A stretch of DNA of 58,313 nt from Nemertoderma westbladi (taxonomy: Eukaryota; Animalia; Xenacoelomorpha). The notes below the pieces were generated by a model. That model saw only the letters and a list, made by a program, of their open reading frames with translations, made no database searches and had not been told where the DNA came from. The stretch's first letter is position 1. Each line of letters starts with the position of its first letter. This document shows positions 50,001 to 58,313 of the stretch, piece after piece. The stretch covers positions 1 through 58,313 of the forward strand of contig JAUCBJ010004126.1 of assembly GCA_032718475.1 (NCBI GenBank), given 5' to 3'. A program made the position numbers and the translations under genes.

Positions 50001-53000
50001 AACCAACCGTAATGCTGGAGAGTAACAATAAAATGTATTTATATTGTAGAAGAAGGTTTCCTAACAGTAGTAGATTGGAACCAACCGTAATGCTGGAGAG
50101 TAACAATAAAATGTATTTATATTGTAGAAGAAGGTTTCCTAACAGTAGTAGATTGGAACCAACCGTAATGCTGGAGAGTAACAATAAAATGTATTTATAT
50201 TGTAGAAGAAGGTTTCCTAACAGTAGTAGATTGGAACCAACCGTAATGCTGGAGAGTAACAATAAAATGTATTTATATTGTAGAAGAAGGTTTCCTAACA
50301 GTAGTAGATTGGAACCAACCGTAATGCTGGAGAGTAACAATAAAATGTATTTATATTGTAGAAGAAGGTTTCCTAACAGTAGTAGATTGGAACCAACCGT
50401 AATGCTGGAGAGTAACAATAAAATGTATTTATATTGTAGAAGAAGGTTTCCTAACAGTAGTAGATTGGAACCAACCGTAATGCTGGAGAGTAACAATAAA
50501 ATGTATTTATATTGTAGAAGAAGGTTTCCTAACAGTAGTAGATTGGAACCAACCGTAATGCTGATAGTAACAATAAAATGTATTTATATTGTAGAAGAAG
50601 GTTTCCTAACAGTAGTAGATTGGAACCAACCGTAATGCTGGAGAGTAACAATAAAATGTATTTATATTGTAGAAGAAGGTTTCCTAACAGTAGTAGATTG
50701 GAACCAACCGTAATGCTGGAGAGTAACAATAAAATGTATTTATATTGTAGAAGAAGGTTTCCTAACAGTAGTAGATTGGAACCAACCGTAATGCTGTAGA
50801 GTAACAATAAAATGTATTTATATTGTAGAAGAAGGTTTCCTAACAGTAGTAGATTGGAACCAACCGTAATGCTGATAGTAACAATAAAATGTATTTATAT
50901 TGTAGAAGAAGGTTTCCTAACAGTAGTAGATTGGAACCAACCGTAATGCTGATTAGTAACAATAAAATGTATTTATATTGTAGAAGAAGGTTTCCTAACA
51001 GTAGTAGATTGGAACCAACCGTAATGCTGGAGAGTAACAATAAAATGTATTTATATTGTAGAAGAAGGTTTCCTAACAGTAGTAGATTGGAACCAACCGT
51101 AATGCTGGAGAGTAACAATAAAATGTATTTATATTGTAGAAGAAGGTTTCCTAACAGTAGTAGATTGGAACCAACCGTAATGCTGTAGAGTAACAATAAA
51201 ATGTATTTATATTGTAGAAGAAGGTTTCCTAACAGTAGTAGATTGGAACCAACCGTAATGCTGATAGTAACAATAAAATGTATTTATATTGTAGAAGAAG
51301 GTTTCCTAACAGTAGTAGATTGGAACCAACCGTAATGCTGGAGAGTAACAATAAAATGTATTTATATTGTAGAAGAAGGTTTCCTAACAGTAGTAGATTG
51401 GAACCAACCGTAATGCTGGAGAGTAACAATAAAATGTATTTATATTGTAGAAGAAGGTTTCCTAACAGTAGTAGATTGGAACCAACCGTAATGCTGATTA
51501 GTAACAATAAAATGTATTTATATTGTAGAAGAAGGTTTCCTAACAGTAGTAGATTGGAACCAACCGTAATGCTGGAGAGTAACAATAAAATGTATTTATA
51601 TTGTAGAAGAAGGTTTCCTAACAGTAGTAGATTGGAACCAACCGTAATGCTGATTAGTAACAATAAAATGTATTTATATTGTAGAAGAAGGTTTCCTAAC
51701 AGTAGTAGATTGGAACCAACCGTAATGCTGGAGAGTAACAATAAAATGTATTTATATTGTAGAAGAAGGTTTCCTAACAGTAGTAGATTGGAACCAACCG
51801 TAATGCTGATTAGTAACAATAAAATGTATTTATATTGTAGAAGAAGGTTTCCTAACAGTAGTAGATTGGAACCAACCGTAATGCTGGAGAGTAACAATAA
51901 AATGTATTTATATTGTAGAAGAAGGTTTCCTAACAGTAGTAGATTGGAACCAACCGTAATGCTGATTAGTAACAATAAAATGTATTTATATTGTAGAAGA
52001 AGGTTTCCTAACAGTAGTAGATTGGAACCAACCGTAATGCTGGAGAGTAACAATAAAATGTATTTATATTGTAGAAGAAGGTTTCCTAACAGTAGTAGAT
52101 TGGAACCAACCGTAATGCTGATTAGTAACAATAAAATGTATTTATATTGTAGAAGAAGGTTTCCTAACAGTAGTAGATTGGAACCAACCGTAATGCTGAT
52201 TAGTAACAATAAAATGTATTTATATTGTAGAAGAAGGTTTCCTAACAGTAGTAGATTGGAACCAACCGTAATGCTGATTAGTAACAATAAAATGTATTTA
52301 TATTGTAGAAGAAGGTTTCCTAACAGTAGTAGATTGGAACCAACCGTAATGCTGATTAGTAACAATAAAATGTATTTATATTGTAGAAGAAGGTTTCCTA
52401 ACAGTAGTAGATTGGAACCAACCGTAATGCTGGAGAGTAACAATAAAATGTATTTATATTGTAGAAGAAGGTTTCCTAACAGTAGTAGATTGGAACCAAC
52501 CGTAATGCTGATTAGTAACAATAAAATGTATTTATATTGTAGAAGAAGGTTTCCTAACAGTAGTAGATTGGAACCAACCGTAATGCTGGAGAGTAACAAT
52601 AAAATGTATTTATATTGTAGAAGAAGGTTTCCTAACAGTAGTAGATTGGAACCAACCGTAATGCTGGAGAGTAACAATAAAATGTATTTATATTGTAGAA
52701 GAAGGTTTCCTAACAGTAGTAGATTGGAACCAACCGTAATGCTGGAGAGTAACAATAAAATGTATTTATATTGTAGAAGAAGGTTTCCTAACAGTAGTAG
52801 ATTGGAACCAACCGTAATGCTGGAGAGTAACAATAAAATGTATTTATATTGTAGAAGAAGGTTTCCTAACAGTAGTAGATTGGAACCAACCGTAATGCTG
52901 GAGAGTAACAATAAAATGTATTTATATTGTAGAAGAAGGTTTCCTAACAGTAGTAGATTGGAACCAACCGTAATGCTGGAGAGTAACAATAAAATGTATT

Positions 53001-56000
53001 TATATTGTAGAAGAAGGTTTCCTAACAGTAGTAGATTGGAACCAACCGTAATGCTGAGAGTAACAATAAAATGTATTTATATTGTAGAAGAAGGTTTCCT
53101 AACAGTAGTAGATTGGAACCAACCGTAATGCTGAGAGTAACAATAAAATGTATTTATATTGTAGAAGAAGGTTTCCTAACAGTAGTAGATTGGAACCAAC
53201 CGTAATGCTGATTAGTAACAATAAAATGTATTTATATTGTAGAAGAAGGTTTCCTAACAGTAGTAGATTGGAACCAACCGTAATGCTGTAGAGTAACAAT
53301 AAAATGTATTTATATTGTAGAAGAAGGTTTCCTAACAGTAGTAGATTGGAACCAACCGTAATGCTGATTAGTAACAATAAAATGTATTTATATTGTAGAA
53401 GAAGGTTTCCTAACAGTAGTAGATTGGAACCAACCGTAATGCTGTAGAGTAACAATAAAATGTATTTATATTGTAGAAGAAGGTTTCCTAACAGTAGTAG
53501 ATTGGAACCAACCGTAATGCTGAGAGTAACAATAAAATGTATTTATATTGTAGAAGAAGGTTTCCTAACAGTAGTAGATTGGAACCAACCGTAATGCTGT
53601 AGAGTAACAATAAAATGTATTTATATTGTAGAAGAAGGTTTCCTAACAGTAGTAGATTGGAACCAACCGTAATGCTGTAGAGTAACAATAAAATGTATTT
53701 ATATTGTAGAAGAAGGTTTCCTAACAGTAGTAGATTGGAACCAACCGTAATGCTGATTAGTAACAATAAAATGTATTTATATTGTAGAAGAAGGTTTCCT
53801 AACAGTAGTAGATTGGAACCAACCGTAATGCTGGAGAGTAACAATAAAATGTATTTATATTGTAGAAGAAGGTTTCCTAACAGTAGTAGATTGGAACCAA
53901 CCGTAATGCTGGAGAGTAACAATAAAATGTATTTATATTGTAGAAGAAGGTTTCCTAACAGTAGTAGATTGGAACCAACCGTAATGCTGGAGAGTAACAA
54001 TAAAATGTATTTATATTGTAGAAGAAGGTTTCCTAACAGTAGTAGATTGGAACCAACCGTAATGCTGAGAGTAACAATAAAATGTATTTATATTGTAGAA
54101 GAAGGTTTCCTAACAGTAGTAGATTGGAACCAACCGTAATGCTGGAGAGTAACAATAAAATGTATTTATATTGTAGAAGAAGGTTTCCTAACAGTAGTAG
54201 ATTGGAACCAACCGTAATGCTGGAGAGTAACAATAAAATGTATTTATATTGTAGAAGAAGGTTTCCTAACAGTAGTAGATTGGAACCAACCGTAATGCTG
54301 GAGAGTAACAATAAAATGTATTTATATTGTAGAAGAAGGTTTCCTAACAGTAGTAGATTGGAACCAACCGTAATGCTGGAGAGTAACAATAAAATGTATT
54401 TATATTGTAGAAGAAGGTTTCCTAACAGTAGTAGATTGGAACCAACCGTAATGCTGGAGAGTAACAATAAAATGTATTTATATTGTAGAAGAAGGTTTCC
54501 TAACAGTAGTAGATTGGAACCAACCGTAATGCTGGAGAGTAACAATAAAATGTATTTATATTGTAGAAGAAGGTTTCCTAACAGTAGTAGATTGGAACCA
54601 ACCGTAATGCTGATAGTAACAATAAAATGTATTTATATTGTAGAAGAAGGTTTCCTAACAGTAGTAGATTGGAACCAACCGTAATGCTGATAGTAACAAT
54701 AAAATGTATTTATATTGTAGAAGAAGGTTTCCTAACAGTAGTAGATTGGAACCAACCGTAATGCTGGAGAGTAACAATAAAATGTATTTATATTGTAGAA
54801 GAAGGTTTCCTAACAGTAGTAGATTGGAACCAACCGTAATGCTGATTAGTAACAATAAAATGTATTTATATTGTAGAAGAAGGTTTCCTAACAGTAGTAG
54901 ATTGGAACCAACCGTAATGCTGGAGAGTAACAATAAAATGTATTTATATTGTAGAAGAAGGTTTCCTAACAGTAGTAGATTGGAACCAACCGTAATGCTG
55001 GAGAGTAACAATAAAATGTATTTATATTGTAGAAGAAGGTTTCCTAACAGTAGTAGATTGGAACCAACCGTAATGCTGGAGAGTAACAATAAAATGTATT
55101 TATATTGTAGAAGAAGGTTTCCTAACAGTAGTAGATTGGAACCAACCGTAATGCTGGAGAGTAACAATAAAATGTATTTATATTGTAGAAGAAGGTTTCC
55201 TAACAGTAGTAGATTGGAACCAACCGTAATGCTGGAGAGTAACAATAAAATGTATTTATATTGTAGAAGAAGGTTTCCTAACAGTAGTAGATTGGAACCA
55301 ACCGTAATGCTGTAGAGTAACAATAAAATGTATTTATATTGTAGAAGAAGGTTTCCTAACAGTAGTAGATTGGAACCAACCGTAATGCTGATAGTAACAA
55401 TAAAATGTATTTATATTGTAGAAGAAGGTTTCCTAACAGTAGTAGATTGGAACCAACCGTAATGCTGATAGTAACAATAAAATGTATTTATATTGTAGAA
55501 GAAGGTTTCCTAACAGTAGTAGATTGGAACCAACCGTAATGCTGAGAGTAACAATAAAATGTATTTATATTGTAGAAGAAGGTTTCCTAACAGTAGTAGA
55601 TTGGAACCAACCGTAATGCTGGAGAGTAACAATAAAATGTATTTATATTGTAGAAGAAGGTTTCCTAACAGTAGTAGATTGGAACCAACCGTAATGCTGA
55701 GAGTAACAATAAAATGTATTTATATTGTAGAAGAAGGTTTCCTAACAGTAGTAGATTGGAACCAACCGTAATGCTGGAGAGTAACAATAAAATGTATTTA
55801 TATTGTAGAAGAAGGTTTCCTAACAGTAGTAGATTGGAACCAACCGTAATGCTGGAGAGTAACAATAAAATGTATTTATATTGTAGAAGAAGGTTTCCTA
55901 ACAGTAGTAGATTGGAACCAACCGTAATGCTGGAGAGTAACAATAAAATGTATTTATATTGTAGAAGAAGGTTTCCTAACAGTAGTAGATTGGAACCAAC

Positions 56001-58313
56001 CGTAATGCTGGATAGTAACAATAAAATGTATTTATATTGTAGAAGAAGGTTTCCTAACAGTAGTAGATTGGAACCAACCGTAATGCTGGAGAGTAACAAT
56101 AAAATGTATTTATATTGTAGAAGAAGGTTTCCTAACAGTAGTAGATTGGAACCAACCGTAATGCTGATAGTAACAATAAAATGTATTTATATTGTAGAAG
56201 AAGGTTTCCTAACAGTAGTAGATTGGAACCAACCGTAATGCTGGAGAGTAACAATAAAATGTATTTATATTGTAGAAGAAGGTTTCCTAACAGTAGTAGA
56301 TTGGAACCAACCGTAATGCTGATTAGTAACAATAAAATGTATTTATATTGTAGAAGAAGGTTTCCTAACAGTAGTAGATTGGAACCAACCGTAATGCTGG
56401 ATGAGTAACAATAAAATGTATTTATATTGTAGAAGAAGGTTTCCTAACAGTAGTAGATTGGAACCAACCGTAATGCTGATGAGTAACAATAAAATGTATT
56501 TATATTGTAGAAGAAGGTTTCCTAACAGTAGTAGATTGGAACCAACCGTAATGCTGATGAGTAACAATAAAATGTATTTATATTGTAGAAGAAGGTTTCC
56601 TAACAGTAGTAGATTGGAACCAACCGTAATGCTGAGAGTAACAATAAAATGTATTTATATTGTAGAAGAAGGTTTCCTAACAGTAGTAGATTGGAACCAA
56701 CCGTAATGCTGGAGAGTAACAATAAAATGTATTTATATTGTAGAAGAAGGTTTCCTAACAGTAGTAGATTGGAACCAACCGTAATGCTGGAGAGTAACAA
56801 TAAAATGTATTTATATTGTAGAAGAAGGTTTCCTAACAGTAGTAGATTGGAACCAACCGTAATGCTGGAGAGTAACAATAAAATGTATTTATATTGTAGA
56901 AGAAGGTTTCCTAACAGTAGTAGATTGGAACCAACCGTAATGCTGGAGAGTAACAATAAAATGTATTTATATTGTAGAAGAAGGTTTCCTAACAGTAGTA
57001 GATTGGAACCAACCGTAATGCTGATTAGTAACAATAAAATGTATTTATATTGTAGAAGAAGGTTTCCTAACAGTAGTAGATTGGAACCAACCGTAATGCT
57101 GATTAGTAACAATAAAATGTATTTATATTGTAGAAGAAGGTTTCCTAACAGTAGTAGATTGGAACCAACCGTAATGCTGGAGAGTAACAATAAAATGTAT
57201 TTATATTGTAGAAGAAGGTTTCCTAACAGTAGTAGATTGGAACCAACCGTAATGCTGATTAGTAACAATAAAATGTATTTATATTGTAGAAGAAGGTTTC
57301 CTAACAGTAGTAGATTGGAACCAACCGTAATGCTGAGAGTAACAATAAAATGTATTTATATTGTAGAAGAAGGTTTCCTAACAGTAGTAGATTGGAACCA
57401 ACCGTAATGCTGGAGAGTAACAATAAAATGTATTTATATTGTAGAAGAAGGTTTCCTAACAGTAGTAGATTGGAACCAACCGTAATGCTGGAGAGTAACA
57501 ATAAAATGTATTTATATTGTAGAAGAAGGTTTCCTAACAGTAGTAGATTGGAACCAACCGTAATGCTGGAGAGTAACAATAAAATGTATTTATATTGTAG
57601 AAGAAGGTTTCCTAACAGTAGTAGATTGGAACCAACCGTAATGCTGGAGAGTAACAATAAAATGTATTTATATTGTAGAAGAAGGTTTCCTAACAGTAGT
57701 AGATTGGAACCAACCGTAATGCTGAGAGTAACAATAAAATGTATTTATATTGTAGAAGAAGGTTTCCTAACAGTAGTAGATTGGAACCAACCGTAATGCT
57801 GGAGAGTAACAATAAAATGTATTTATATTGTAGAAGAAGGTTTCCTAACAGTAGTAGATTGGAACCAACCGTAATGCTGATTAGTAACAATAAAATGTAT
57901 TTATATTGTAGAAGAAGGTTTCCTAACAGTAGTAGATTGGAACCAACCGTAATGCTGATTAGTAACAATAAAATGTATTTATATTGTAGAAGAAGGTTTC
58001 CTAACAGTAGTAGATTGGAACCAACCGTAATGCTGGAGAGTAACAATAAAATGTATTTATATTGTAGAAGAAGGTTTCCTAACAGTAGTAGATTGGAACC
58101 AACCGTAATGCTGAGAGTAACAATAAAATGTATTTATATTGTAGAAGAAGGTTTCCTAACAGTAGTAGATTGGAACCAACCGTAATGCTGGAGAGTAACA
58201 ATAAAATGTATTTATATTGTAGAAGAAGGTTTCCTAACAGTAGTAGATTGGAACCAACCGTAATGCTGATTAGTAACAATAAAATGTATTTATATTGTAG
58301 AAGAAGGTTTCCT
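41100..58313. repeat. 78-bp AT-rich satellite, about 220 copies, continuing beyond the window
   Basis: Unit AGTAGATTGGAACCAACCGTAATGCTG[GAGAGT/TAGAGT/ATTAGT/GTTAGT/ATAATA]AACAATAAAATGTATTTATATTGTAGAAGAAGGTTTCCTAACAGT. Confidence 0.99.

Noticed and set aside
41100-58313. CRISPR array or hammerhead ribozyme in the 78-bp unit
   Set aside because: The variable part is only ~6 bp with few alleles. CTGATGAG occurs in just two units, GAAA is absent after the hairpin and stem I does not pair.

Overview
Repeat-rich eukaryotic window, inferred to be from an invertebrate animal. There is one convincing host gene, an intronless CD151/TSPAN11-like tetraspanin (13556-14404, +). More than half of the window is tandem repeat: a ~3 kb quasi-palindromic ACCGGT-based array (14701-17705), a ~11.4 kb 45-bp satellite (18442-29870), a nested 45/52-bp compound repeat (32781-33606) and a >17 kb 78-bp satellite that runs off the right edge. 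The rest is mostly decayed retroelements: a BEL/Pao LTR element followed by an unexplained degraded ORF block (1681-4103), an RTEX-like 3' end, an L2 3' end, a tRNA-derived CORE-like SINE, RTE fragments, a near full-length Crack/CR1-group LINE and a MITE/HINE-like element. The long ORFs in the satellites are artefacts of the repeats. The best leads are the accessory ORF block of the BEL element, the chained TA-N3/4-TA motifs that resemble transposon footprints, and the 78-bp satellite whose variation is confined to one short site. No prokaryotic system or CRISPR array is supported. Family calls rest on motif recognition, not on database searches.
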